The notes under the pieces: model-generated
What the model was told of the DNA's origin: nothing
Seen by the model: the letters and a program-made list of their open reading frames with translations, nothing else
Database searches by the model: none
NCBI GenBank assembly: GCA_020891255.1
Contig: BQFW01000011.1
Span: 1,116,001 to 1,180,000 of the forward strand
Direction of reading: 5' to 3'
Origin: Entomortierella parvispora E1425
Taxonomy: Eukaryota > Fungi > Mortierellomycota
DNA length: 64,000 nt
Translations under genes and position numbers: made by a program
Shown: in pieces, positions 13,201-26,308 of the stretch
Numbering within the stretch: position 1 is the first letter of the stretch
How the letters are laid out: each line of letters begins with the position of its first letter

Positions 13201-14183
13201 TATGAACAATGTATGGATGATGTGGGAATGGAGAGAAGAAAGGCAAGGTTATGAGTAAGGTTGGTAGTGACTGGAGGAAGGACGAAAGCGATGAAAGAAG
13301 GAGGAGGGAAGGGGGAAGGGGAGGAGGGTGATGGCGATGGGAGTGTGGGGTAAAGCGAAAGAAGAGAAGAGAGAAAAGAAGAAGAGAAGAGAAGGAACGA
13401 GATAAATGCAGAGGGGAAAGGAGAGACAGAAATATTTTTTTTTCTTTTTCTTTACTCACTCTCACTCAATCAGCCAGAGAGCGGATTGAATAATGATCAG
13501 GAAGATGAGAGTGGGCGGCACCCATGAAGGGACTCAAAAGTTGCTGGGAGTGGGGTGGGGGAAGGAACAAGAGAAAGAGGCGACGAATTGCATTCAAGCC
13601 CCGACGAGATAAGATCTCTTGTCGCTTTTATCTCGCGGCCAGAGCCCACTCTGTGTTCACTTTTTCTCTTTTCCCTTTTCTTTTGCGTTGTGAGTGGATG
13701 AGGCCCGCCCGCCCTGTCTTGTCTCCTGTCAACACAACAAGTCTGACGGAGAAGGTACCTGGAGCCGCAATGGCTTGTACAGTAATTGTGGCAACTGGAA
13801 AGGAGGAATAAGAAACGTGTCCCTCACTCCCGAGTTTCGCTTTCAATGAGGTCTGAAACAGGGCCAAATAATGGGCCGCTTTAACTGGCTTCGAATCATG
13901 ACCCCTCCATCGTAAGGTTCAAGTTGTTCCGCAATGGGAGTGGTGGGGTTCTTCGCTTAGTGGGGCTGGGCTGACTATAAACATGCTCATCTGTGGGCCA
14001 AGGGGCAGGTCAGGGACGTCTGTGCTTTTTTCTATCTGCAGAGAGACATGCACGATAACATATCTGCAAGCTGCTGCTATCCTTGTGCCTCTTTCCCCGC
14101 AATGGGCAGTTTTAAGCCTTCCAGTGTACCCCCCGTCGACTCTTTATGTTTATCTTTTATCTTCAAGTTGTTTTCTTTCTTTT

Positions 14184-17103
14184 TTACAATGCCGCACGTT
14201 GTGCAACCAAGATATAGTAATCGATGTACGACTCGTTCTCTTCACATTCTCGGATCCAACTCTGAACCATCCCATCAAATGCCTTCTGGGACCCACCGTT
14301 TCGACTACTCTCCGTCTCATCCATCGACAAGGCTGACTGCAGGTTTTGAAATATCAGCACCATATTCTCGGCCATGGCCTGTCCGACACGCCCACCCCAG
14401 CCGCCGACTGGAATTGATAGTCGTTCGATCCTGACATTCTGGAACCCAATCTCGGCCGACTCACATAGCCGCTTCATTTTCTCGCCAGCAAAATCAAAGT
14501 CCAATCCACGCTCTTCCTGCAGCAATCGAGAGCACCATCGCATCACTTCCCTTGTCCGAGTTCCAGCGCGATGGACGCGCATGCAGGGCTCAAATAGCTC
14601 AATCCATCCTCCGGGCTTGGTCACTCGTTTCAGCTCCTTCAAGGCTACAGGCCAATCATCCACTGTCAACCCCAAGTAAAGGAATCGTTGGAAAACGAAA
14701 TCAAAGTATTGATCCGGGAATGAAAGTCGTGTCAGGAGATTTGATTGAGTGAAGAGACAATTGCTTGGGACGGGCTGTTGAGCGCTTGGAAACAACTCTG
14801 GGTTGATGTCGATCCCATAGACTGTCGCATTAGGAAACTCTCTCGCCATCTCCTATTTTACAGGCAGGGTATTGGAAAGATGAGTCAGCCACCGAATGAC
14901 CTCTATGACACCATCGCATGGCTAGGTAATTATCTTACCATTGTCCATTCGCCCAAACCACAGCCAGAGTCGAGGATGCGACTGATATCATATCGAAGAG
15001 GGGCATGAGAATTGCCGCCGCCAATGTATTTCCATAATGCATGCTGTCCCTTTTGACTGTAGCACCAAAAGAGAAAAGATGATGCGTGATGAGTTACAGC
15101 AGCAAAACATACCAAAACATAAAAAGCCTCCCGTTTGCCTTTTACCTGTCCCGGACATCAATGCTGATAGTCGGTAGACTCAGAGTGCTGAACCGCTTGC
15201 GCTCTGCCATCCACTCCAGGTTTGGTGGCGGTCGCCTCCGGGGGCTTCGCTTTTCGGGGGTGATCGACACTACTTCTTGAGTATCCTCAGCAGAATCGGT
15301 CATGGAAAGCATTTGTGTTCGCTGGGCAAGATCCGACTCCGAGTCACCTGTCTCCGTATCCGAAAGCGAATCCAAATCATCGTCCTCGTCCTCTTCAAGG
15401 GACTCGATCAGAGATAACCCCTGAGGATGGTTACCAAGCAATGATCGAAGAGAAGACAAAGTTGAGCTTGGACGATGATGGCGAGGCACTTGGGATGTTC
15501 CTGCCTCCAAAATCGCACCTGGCCCATTGGTAGTTGTACCTTGGGTTCGTTCTTGCTGCTGCTGTTCCAAGCACGATCCTGAAGGCGGTGACCCTGAAGT
15601 GGGGTGTGAAGTACTAGAAGATGTGGAAGCAGAATTGGCACCGGGAGCACAAGAGAGAGCTGTGAGAGGAGTGCTGATCTTGGACCTTGACATAACGAGT
15701 TTGCTAACAGGCGCCTCCTTGGGAACCGAGTGCTGCGGAGGAGCAGCCAGGTGAACAACATGTCCGTAGTGAGTGTCCACTGTCTTCCTGATTCCTGTAG
15801 CAGAGCTCTGTTCGGGCTGACTCAGTCCTCGAGTGCGCACTCCAAGGATAGGCGCTGACGCAAATGTCTGTTGCCTTGAGCTAGGACCGTTAGAGCTGTT
15901 GCTTTCCGCATCAAGACTTGATCTCTTCCATTCAGTTCCCGTGTTACTTGATGAAGCGGATCCACTGGCGACAGCTGATATTGAAGAGTTGTGGCTGAGA
16001 CTGCCTCGGCTGGTCGGCATCGGCCCGTTGTTTGCACCAGCGCCAAGTGAGCGCGCGTCTAAACTAGGAGGCATCATCGATGTAGCTGGCAAGACTGCGC
16101 TAGTAGCAACTGTGGTGGCAGAGACCGATGGCGACAAGGCGGAAGCACTGGGGTACCCAGTCATGTTGCGGCAGGTGTTATTCACGACCTTGACAGTTGT
16201 CCCTGGAAGCTGGTAGTATTGATGATTGTGGAAGTTGTACTGATGAATCATGTGGCTGGAAGACCGCATTGGCTTTTGTCGCAGCCAGTCCTTGGCTTCG
16301 GGAGACGTCCCTAGGAGTGCAGGGTCGGTTCGGAGCTGTTGCTGCTGTTCAGAGCCTCGGCGAAGAGGGACAAAGGCTGATGGCGAGGATGGGCTTTTTC
16401 CATGGTGTACCTCGATTGTTGTTGTTGCTGCTTTGGGGTTGGCTCCTGTGGCGGCTGCTATGGTAAAAGCAGTGGGAACTGCGGCGTTGGGACTGATCCC
16501 GTAGCTAGGCCGCTGCTGTTTTTGTTGCGGGATAACGATGGGGGACGAACCACTCTGGCCCATGGCAACCATAGGCGAGCTGGTGCTGCTGAACTGTTGA
16601 CTGTGGGTACCTTGGTGCTGGAGTGATCGGTTCCCTGTCTGCTCTCCACGCGACAGTATTTCATCCCGATCATCATAACTGAATCGGGGACTCAAATATG
16701 CAGGGACGTCGCTCTGATAGCTGGTGGACGTTGGGGTAGTGGCCGTGGATGGACTCGAGAGCGATGGGGAGGAAGGACTGTTGGGCGAAAAATCAACCAT
16801 ACGACTGCTGCTGTTGCTACTGTTGGCATAGTACTCCAAAGGGTCCTGTGAGCCGTACCGGGTCGAGGACTTTTGTCTATGCATGGAAAAGCCATTTTGA
16901 AGGTGCGGTTGATCAAGGGTATGGGCACCATTGGCGTGTATGGCTCGATGATGATGCTGAATATGAAGTTGAGGGTGTGGGTGTTGTTGCTTTTGTTGTT
17001 GCTGTTGTTGCTGTTTCCGGTTCTTTTCCGAGATCTTTTTCTTGGCGCGTTGCATTAGCAGCTCATTGACCTTTTCGTGGTCAGAGCTGGATACGTTTCC
17101 CAT
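14184..17103 (-). CDS. Class I SAM-dependent methyltransferase (LaeA/Methyltransf_25-like) with about 650-aa low-complexity N-terminus, 914 aa
   Basis: Exons 17103-15146, 15056-14939, 14852-14184. SAM motif I ILDSGCGLGEW, then VYGIDI, FPDQYFDFVFQRF, LKRVTKPGGWIELFE. Confidence 0.85.
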
Positions 17104-19433
17104 GGGCGGAGAACTGGATGACTAAAAGATGTTGGACACAATGATTGAGTGCTACTCTGCAGAGTTGAAGGAAGATGACAAGAAACAGAGAGTGGCGTGC
17201 AATGGAGATGTAAGGGGGAGCGATGGACAAGTCGAGACTGAGAAGACGGAAAAAAAAGAGAAGTGAGGGGAGGCACAGAGAGAAGAAGGGGGCGATGAAA
17301 AAAACGTGGCCGAGGAGAAAGGGACGGAAAAGGGGCAGGGAGGGGAAGGGGTGAACGTGCGGGTGCGGGGGTGTGGGGGCGAGAGATTTGACCTTTGTGT
17401 TCGCATGTATGCACTGTAGACAGACACCACAAGACACCTCCACACACTCCACACGCACCTACCCAACTTCATCTCGCTTCACAAACAACAACAGCGCCGC
17501 CGCTCGACACGGCTGATAGTCTGCCCGCTTGGCCCTCTCTGGGGAAATGAACCTGCCCATGTACTGTGCACGTAAACAAAATAGGCCGAGACAGTGAAGT
17601 GCCCGTTGAGAGATGGGGGTGGAGCGTGATCTAAAGAGTTTTAGACTTGCAAGACAGCACAGGTTGGCGCGATCTTGTCCCTCCCTGGCCAGGACCAGAC
17701 AAACAGTCATCAGCCGGAGAGGAAGAGAAAACACAAGAGGCGATCGATGGAAGAGAACCTTGTCTCGTCGAGGCAAAACAAACAACAGGAGAGGTCCATC
17801 TGCAAAAAGAGAAAATTCGGGCTCTCATAGATCCTTTTGGCACATCTCCCTTCTCTCCTTCGATGGTCCTATGACCAAGATTAAAATGAAGTAGTTAGAC
17901 AATCTCTCCCCTTCATTTGTTCTTGCTTGTTTGTTCCCCTTCCCCTCATTTTACTTTCTTCAGCTGCAACATGACATTTGGACGGAGGGCCTGGTGTGAA
18001 CATTTCAATTGAAGCACACTAAAATGTTAGGACAGGCTTCCACCTCTATTCTCATATTTCCAATGCATGGGGAACAAAGATCGCCCCGGTGTTTACGCTA
18101 ACAGTCGCAGGAGTCCCTGGCCAGACGACCGTCGTACCAAAGGAAAATGACGAGTGTTCAAGAGGAGGCATGTGGCCCTATTCTTGTACTTTGAGGCCTA
18201 CTTTCTTTTTTTTTTTTTTTTTTTTTTTTGGGATGATGCATGGCGAAGTCTTGGTGGATTTCCCGCTGCCTCTTCCTCGACCAAAGAACCTGGGTCGGAT
18301 CGCTGGACAATCGAGAAGTCTGATTTTGACATTGTCGCGCTCCCAAATAGTATGAGAAAAATTCTCCCTCGTCGCCGCCCATTTTTGCCTTGTTTTCGTT
18401 CCAGTGAGATGAATGAAGAAACAGACTTCAGGATTTCACAGCACATTTGACGTAAAAGCACTCTCGGTTCGTCAGCTTGCCTCTCTTGTCCGGTTCAATC
18501 CGTAATAACAACCCCAGTTCCTGCCCACAAGGTGGATTATACTATTTCAGCAAAGAAGAATTCAGAGTTGCCACTGCTTGGATCCATTGATCGGTGCCTG
18601 GGAACCTGGTTCATGACAGCTAAACGATGCTGGAGAACATCAATGTATCTTCGACATTAACAGCAGGCACAAGGATATCACCACTCACCTACACCCATAG
18701 AAATACCCTATCTTGCAGGCGACTCTGGCTGCCTGCTCCCAGAGACAAAGTTCATCGATGAATGCATCGTGAATCGCCATTCATTGAGATTCAGTAGTCA
18801 GTGATATGTCTTCTGTAGTGCTGATTGCCATCGTTTTCCAATTGCAAAAGAAATATCCTCGACACCCAGTGATTCCCGGGCGTCAAATAGCAATGATGAC
18901 GAGGCGCCGTTGAATCATGGAATACCTGTAGTCGCGCTAGATCTGGCACTGTACCCATCACGAATGATCATGTAAGCCTCCTATCCTCGACACACAGGGC
19001 TGAAGCGCAAGAACAGAAAGGAAGCTGCGGCGTTTGTAGGAAGACAGGCTATTATTACACGACAGGGACCTCTCTTTTGCAGATTTGTTCCGATTGTTCT
19101 TGTTGTGCAATTTGCGGTCCTAAAAGAAAACGCCCTTTCGTGTGCCATTTGAATGGCATCCTAAATAAAGAATCACCAGACGAACCAACGCACAGGGAAA
19201 GGGCGTGCACCGACACAGGTACTGAGCCTCGTTGTGCTTTACCGGGGAATCTCTGGAAGGTCTGCCCCTGTTTTTTTAACGTTTACCCTTTTGCCACCGC
19301 CAATGGCCTCACTGACCATGCAGTTTTGGAGTGTCTCTCTGTCAACCATAAATATGAGCAGCTCTTGCTCTCCATCTTATTCTCTGTCTTCATTCTTTGC
19401 ATCCATCCTATCTAGACTTCCCGTCTTCTTCTG

Positions 19434-19441
19434 TATAAATA
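19434..19441 (+). promoter_or_regulatory. TATA box candidate for chitin deacetylase
   Basis: TATAAATA about 210 nt upstream of ATG 19648. Confidence 0.55.
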
Positions 19442-19647
19442 CTAGCCGCCTTCGCTACCGTTACTGAAAAATTACACACACTCTCTCTCGTCCAGCCCCT
19501 CTTCGCATCCACCACGGAGAAAGAACGACCGTAGTCCCCTTCCAGCCAGCACCAGCAACAACCTTAACGATTTGACCGACCTATCAGTCACGCTTCCTAT
19601 TACCATTTCCTATATTTCCACCTATCCTTCAGTTGTTATAATCAAGC

Positions 19648-20706
19648 ATGAAGTTCCCTGGTCTCCTTTCCGTTGCCGCCCTGTTCATTGCCGCCTCAGT
19701 CTCGGCCATGCCCGATGATCCAGCTAAAATTGATACCTGTATCAAGCCGGGTGTAGTTGCCCTGACCTTTGATGATGGTCCGGGTCTTTATAACACGCAG
19801 TTGTTGGCTCTTTTGGCGAGAAAGAATGTCAAGGCTACCTTCTACATCATGTAAGAGTACCCTTTTATTTTTGTTATGGTGCGATGAGACATTCCTAATA
19901 GACTGCAAAATCTGACACGAGCTTCTGTGCAACTTCATCGCCCCCAAACATCCAGCGGTAAAAACGCTGCCGAACCTCAGTTTTCAACAGTTTTGAAGAG
20001 CGTTGTCGATGCCGGTCATCAACTGGCATCCCATACATACTCTCACGACAACCTTGACAACATGGATGCTGCCAAGATCCGCGAGGAGATGACTAGTACC
20101 TCTGACCTCATCTTCAAACAGACTGGTCTCCGTGTCGCCTACATGCGGGCACCTGAGGGCAACTGCCTTACTCCCACTTGTATCGGTGTAATGAACGAGC
20201 TCGGTTTGGTCATCTCCCACTGGAATGTGGACACACACGATTGGAAGTTCACAAGCCTCACTCCTGAGGCAGCTACTGACAAGTCCTTGGAGGAGATCAA
20301 CAAAGTTGTAATTGCCGAGTCGAACCCTGCTGTGGACTCCTTTGTCTTGCTCGAGCACGAGATCCACAAGTTTTCTGTCGAGCTCCTTGCCGAGCGTGTG
20401 ATTGACTCTATCGCGGCCAAGGGCTATAAATTCGTGACCATGGAGGAGTGTATTGGCAAACCCGCCTATTTTGGCGGCAACGTCACCCCTCCTACCAATG
20501 GTACCTCAGTCCCTGCTCCCAGTGGTGGTAGCTCGACCGCCGTCCCCTCCTCCACCGGCGGTGTGAGCAGGCCTGCCGCGTCATCCACCTCCGTTACGGG
20601 CCCAAACATTAGTAATCCTTCTAAGGGTGCGAACACTGCTGGTAGTCTCCGCGTTGGTGGCTGGGCCTTTGCTTTGGCTTCTGCGGTTGGTTATACTCTT
20701 TTGTAA
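19648..20706 (+). CDS. CDA: CE4 chitin/polysaccharide deacetylase, secreted and probably GPI-anchored, 317 aa
   Basis: Exons 19648-19850, 19956-20706. Signal peptide; NodB motifs TFDDGP, HTYSH, RAPEG, DTHDW, LLEHE; Ser/Thr/Gly linker and hydrophobic C-terminus. Confidence 0.9.
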
Positions 20707-21130
20707 CGAGGGAGACTCGCCAAAGACGACTCAACATAGAAAAACAATTTTGTATCATCAATGCTATCTATAAACCTTTTAATCGCGCGCCTTGTGTGCC
20801 GCAGTTCGTACCAGGCTGAATGAATCCCTGCCATGGGATGAAAGGGGAGTTCAGAGAGTTCAAGGCGGCAAATCGAGTCTGGTGGCGTTTCGTGTGCACC
20901 CCGGCAAATTTCATTTTGTTTGGTTTGGACACACATGCACTAACGGTGGTTTTTCATTTAGTCTCCGGGGAGTGATTGTGATACCAGGAGAACTGGGAGT
21001 GAATGAGCATTTGCCCGTTTGCTATTCTTACATGCTGCATTCCATTCCTCGGTTCATTCCTTCAGTTGACATCCACTCTTTCTCCCCCCCCATCTTTTTA
21101 TTGTATCCTCTGACTTCACGCTTTCAAAAA

Positions 21131-22055
21131 ATGGAGGATAGCACCACCATGACTTGTCGGAAACCAAAGAGGTCTCTCTCCTCTGCCAGCTGCCTGTTCG
21201 TCTTTTTTGTCCTCCTCTCCACCATGATTGTCTCCCCAGTGCAATCCGCGGCTGAATATTCCTTTCAGGTACCCACAGCCAATACCATTTGGACAGCAGG
21301 GCAAGCGGGCGTTATTACCATCACCTCAACGGACAAAGAAACCTCCACCACTAAGCCCACAGACCGGCTTCTGACCATCACACTCCAAAAAGACAAGACA
21401 CTCCTTGGGTCGAACCAGGTGGCCCTGATTCGTAATCGGCTTCAATTGCTTGTCCCTGCCGGAAGTTCACAGACATCAGTCTCGGTCACCATCACTGACT
21501 GGATAGTGCCAGCCGATCTCCCGGCTGGGTCAACGTACTTTGTTCAGCTCCAGAGAGCCAAGGTATCTGTATGGGACATTTTGCCGCTAAAAGAAACCTC
21601 ACCGAGATTCCAGATCGTGGCACCGACTGTTCCCCCATCTCCATCAGGTACGGTAGTGAAGAGAATGAGTATGCAAATATGTACGGCGATGTGGTGTGTG
21701 CTCGATTGACACTGACAACTATTGTTGGTAAGTAGCCTCTGGTCTTCCTACGTCTACGACATCACTCACCAACTCGACAGATTTACCTACAATGACCACC
21801 ACCACCGCCATCATGCCCACAGCCTCATCGTTGCCCCCAGGGACGACATGCAATGATATCCAAGAACAATGCGCCGCACAATCTTTGACCTTTGTCGACA
21901 CAGACCAGGGAATTCTCTGCCATTGTGGAGCCCCTTTAGTAGTACCCACCATCAGACCCAGCCGCGGGAGTCCATCCTTCCAGAAAACAGACAGCTCGAT
22001 GATGGTATGCATCTTCAGCGTCGTTATAATGACTCGTCTCATCGCTTGGTGCTAA
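21131..22055 (+). CDS. Ser/Thr-rich secreted/GPI-type surface protein with Kre9/Knh1-N-like beta domain, about 278 aa
   Basis: Exons 21131-21647, 21736-22055. Hydrophobic N-terminal segment; PTANTIWTAG...ITITS...W.VPADLPAGSTYFVQL pattern; Thr-rich linker, 4-Cys motif and hydrophobic C-terminus. Confidence 0.65.
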
Positions 22056-22223
22056 CGTTTTAATAAAGCTTTTACGGCGAATGGGTCAGTATGTTTTATT
22101 TTTTTATTTTTTACTATTATTATTTTTTTTTCAAGTAGAGACGTTGGGACTATTGCAAAAGTGTGCTTGAGTGTGCACCATGGGAGTGCATGGAAGGCCT
22201 TTTTTTCTATCTAAGACCAGCCT

Positions 22224-23448
22224 TTACTTCTGAGGAGATGGGACATAGGTAATGGACTCGCTTGGGTAAGGAGCGGGCTGTGCATAGCTATAGTCCTGTG
22301 GCTGGCCTGGGTATGGCGAGGCTGGTGCGACTGAAGGAGTGGGGGCTGACTGGGGATAAGGGGAACTGTTGGTAGCTGGGGAAGGAGAGTACATAGGAGC
22401 AACAAACGCACCGGTGGACGGGGGCGCGTAGCCCATGGGAGGCTGCTGATCCTTCAGAGGACCATAGTTTTGCGGGGGCTGGCCGTAGGCCTCGTAAGGC
22501 TGAGGAGGAGGATAGGAGGCGAATTGGGGTTGAGGGACAGGCGCCAGTTGAGGTTGAGCTTCGTTCTCGCGGCCGGGAATGACGGTAGTCACGACCATAG
22601 GAGCTCCCATCATGGCCAGCCTCCGACGGCGACGACGGAGCCAGATCGAGAGAATGCACAACAGGACAACTGCAGCAGCCACACCACCCGTCCAGTAGTA
22701 GTTACTGGAGCAAGTGAAGTCGGAGGTGCAATGGGATCCGCCGTTGCAATAGTAGCTATTGTAATTGACCAAAGAAAAATCGGAGATGAGTTTTTCCTTT
22801 CATGTTTGTTGTTGAGAAGAGCCGGCCTAACGAAGACAAGCGTTTGCACGGGATAGATCGCTATCTCTGGAGGGACAATGTGAATGAACGCGAGTCCAAA
22901 ACGCAGCGCCTCCGACAAAAAAAGGGAGCTTGGTCCTTATCCGCTTTTAGGTTGACAATGACGGCGGTCATTGGGACAAAAATTGACTGAACAGGACAGG
23001 GGAAAAAAGCACTGCCCCAGTCACCGACGCTCTCGGCCCTGCTCGTTACCCATTTTGCCTTCCACTCAACTCCAACATTTCTACTCCGAGATTATTAGTC
23101 AAGCTCTCATCTATTTTCCTCACTGGTGGTATCCTGCAAGATACAATGGATTGCAAGAGGATGCAATGTGTGTTGGAGGACAGTGTATCATCAGGAAGGA
23201 ACGAGTCTCGAAAGCACGGCGAGTATTTGATAAAATATTCATCCACCAAGAAGGGCAAAGACAAAGAGAAAAGCAAAAGTATTGATTTACGTGGTGCCAT
23301 CGATGGGATCCGTGTAGCAGAGATCGTAGCGCTTCTCAAGCGACCGAGTTTGTAAAAAGTGCTGGCTGCGGGAAGTGCGGGCGGCGGAGGAGACAATGGG
23401 GGCTAGGCCTTGCGCGACATAGTTGTAAACGGTATCAATGATAGCCAT
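22224..23448 (-). CDS. Small single-pass membrane protein with 4-Cys ectodomain and Pro/Tyr-rich tail (RCR1/Shisa-like architecture), 229 aa
   Basis: Exons 23448-23291, 22755-22224. Spliced: LEKR-YDLCYTDPIDGTTYYCNGGSHCTSDFTCSSNYYW, TM GGVAAAVVLLCILSIWL, RRRRRR stop-transfer, then P/Y/Q-rich tail. Confidence 0.7.
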
Positions 23449-24069
23449 TGCTTTCTTGGCGAACGGAGGTGGTTTTAGGGGAGGAGGAGAAGAGGGGGAA
23501 AGCAAGAGTGAAGGGCAGGTGAGTGACTGAAAGAAAAGAAAAGAGAAAACAAGAGAGTGAAAGGAGGGGGAATGAAGGTCGACAAAGCTCTTCGTTAGTC
23601 AACGGCGCCCGGATATGGTTATGAGCCAGAGCTTTGCTCTTACTTGTGAGTACCCAGTTCCTTTTTAGCACTAGTCCGCTCATTGTCCATTGTTGGAGAT
23701 GGGGCAGTGCTGTCTGTCTCTCAACATTCAACCGCCACACTTTTGGCGCTGTTGCTGATAAAAGAACGATCCAGGCTGTTGAGACGGACGAAAGCGTGCA
23801 CAACACGCGTTTGAGTCTTGTTTTGCAGGGAGGGTCATTTTATGATAAAAATACAACTTTCTCTGTCTACGGAATGATACCAATACGAAAGTCATTAAAA
23901 AAAGTACTTGTGCTAGAATGGACAGAGAAGTATGAAGGCTCAGTGTTTGCCACCGTTTTTTGTACAACGGGGGGAAGTCAGAATTGTCTCCGCCTCTCCG
24001 TTTTTTTTTTTTTGTCTGGAGTTTCGTTGTTTTCAAATGTCCGAGAGCTAGGGGAAGGTGTGCCCTCCT

Positions 24070-26308
24070 TCAATGACTGCTGTTGCTGCTGACAACTGCA
24101 CCACTGTTTTCAGCCAAGGAGCGCACCCAGTGCAGCTCATCCCTCAGCTTTTGGATCTCAAGCATGGCGTCACAGCAGTGATCGCGTTCCTGCTGACCAT
24201 GGTGAGAGTGTTGCTGGGACACTGGTTGTTGGTGAAGATGAGGCTGATGGGATATCTGTTGAGTTGGTGATGATGAGGACGATGCTTGAGCCTGCAGAGA
24301 ATTGTGATGATAATGGAGGTGCTGCTGTTGCTGTTGTTGCTGTTGATATTGTTGTTGCTGCTGCTCTTGCATGTACTGCTCAGTGTAATGTGGTTCCTGG
24401 TATTCAGGGTGATGTGGATGCGATTGGTCATGCAGGCGTGGCAAGGACGCATGCTCTCGACCTGCATGTACATAGTGTTCAGGAGACGGCTCGTGTCCCA
24501 CCATGTCCGACGGTGAAGACGACGCTGGTAAGCTGGGAGGCCTTGTCAAAGGTCCAAAGGATTCTTCGTATTCCATTCCACGCTGATGAGATCGCTCATC
24601 TCTACCAAAACTCCCTCGCCTCCCCTCTCCATCCTCTTCGCTGTAGTGGACCATCCCTTGACCTTGCCGGCGTTGGTACTCTGTAGAAGAGGACGGATCC
24701 GCCCAGGAATGTTGACGCTGCTCCCGAGGACGACCAGCGAATTCTGGTCCATTGAGTGCGCTCTTCTTGGTCATGACTGTGTCATAATGCTCCGGAGCTT
24801 TGGAGTAAGACCAAATCTGAGTTGGACTTGACATGGAGGAAGGCGGACGAGTAAAGGGTGAGGGCGACATAGTGGGCGACAGCGAAGGTGATGTCGTTGA
24901 TCTGGACGGCGAGGTAGGGTAGCTATCGCGCCTCCGACTATCGTGGGCACTGGTGACCAAACCTCCAAAGGGTGACTGGAGTAATGAAGATCGAGACGAT
25001 CCAACATAGATGGGCGATTTTGTCGGATGATGATGGTGCGGATGAGATCTGTTTGAAAAGGCAGACGATTGCTCAGCAGTAGCTGCCGATGCAGGGGGTG
25101 CGCGAGGACCAGACGATATTTGAGTGGGTGGGATATCCACCATCATCATCATGTCCGCCAACAAGGGGCCTTCGGAACTCATCTTTCGTGAGTGCGCCTG
25201 TGCCTTTGGGGAGAAGATTGGCGCCGGTGACCAATGGCTGGCGTTAGTCATGTCCCCTCCGTGCAAAGGACCACCTCGAGGAGGCCAGTAGACTGGTCCC
25301 ATTGCCGTTGTAGCGCCGCGCATCACTGGGGTCGCAGGAGAGTCATGCATGAGACGCGTTGGGGGATCGTCCTCTGACGAGGAAGGTTCAGGAGAAGAGG
25401 TCGTGACAGGATGAAGATGTGGATGTCGCTGGGGATGATTTGGATGCTGCTGGGGGTGATTTGGATGGTGGTACTTGGATGTCGGATCATGAAGATGACG
25501 GTGAAACATGGGCGAGGAGGAAGAGGAGGAAGAGGAGTGATCCTGGGGTGTGGGAGTCGACGGTGTGCGCTCGGTCTCGCTGTGGTAGATGCTACTGGTG
25601 TGATGGCTGTAACTGCTCACCATGCCGCTGTTGCCATTGTTGTTGTGGTGATGGGAGAAGTGGTGGTGGTGGTGGTGGTGGTGAGGGTGGTTGTTGTGAT
25701 TGCTGTTGTGTTCAAAGGAAAGGTTTTCCTGCGGGAGCGAGATACTCCGTTGGTGCAGCTTCCCCTGGGAACCGCGCGCTGCACCGCCAAGGGCCAACCC
25801 TGGCTGGTAAGTCCATTCTGAACAATGGACATTGGACTCGGCACTGAGGTGTCTCTTGAGGGCATCCAAGCGAGCAAACGTGCGCTGACACTGTTCAAGG
25901 GATAGGGAGGGATTCCACACAAAGGGATGTGTCAGCAAAGGAGCAAGCGCGAGTGATGACCGGTTGCAGGTTGGTGGTTTTTCTTGGTTTCTTCAAACAC
26001 TTACGTTCTTGCAGCAGTAAGGACGCTCGCCTGTGTGAAGCCGCTCATGTCTTTTCAAATCGTGCAAGCGTCGGAAGTATAGCTGACAGGCCTATTTTTG
26101 TTGTTTTGCGTTGTGTGGAAGGCGGACGAATTATTAGTTACAGCTTTGATTTACCGAAGTAACATCAAGGCAAGGGAGAGATCTCCCACAGAAGAGCAAT
26201 CAGCAATTGAGTGTTTTTTGTTACCGTGCACTCAAAAGGCTTGTCACTAGATGGATAGCTTTGTGCTTTGTAGGACAGCTTGGGCTTGGGTTTGGGGGTG
26301 GTCGACAT
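24070..26308 (-). CDS. Two-finger C2H2 zinc-finger transcription factor with His/Ser/Gln-rich tail, 663 aa
   Basis: Exons 26308-26225, 26091-26005, 25890-24070 give KPFECT|[29 protein letters not shown]|[14 protein letters not shown]. The first two exons are not in the ORF track. Confidence 0.85.
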
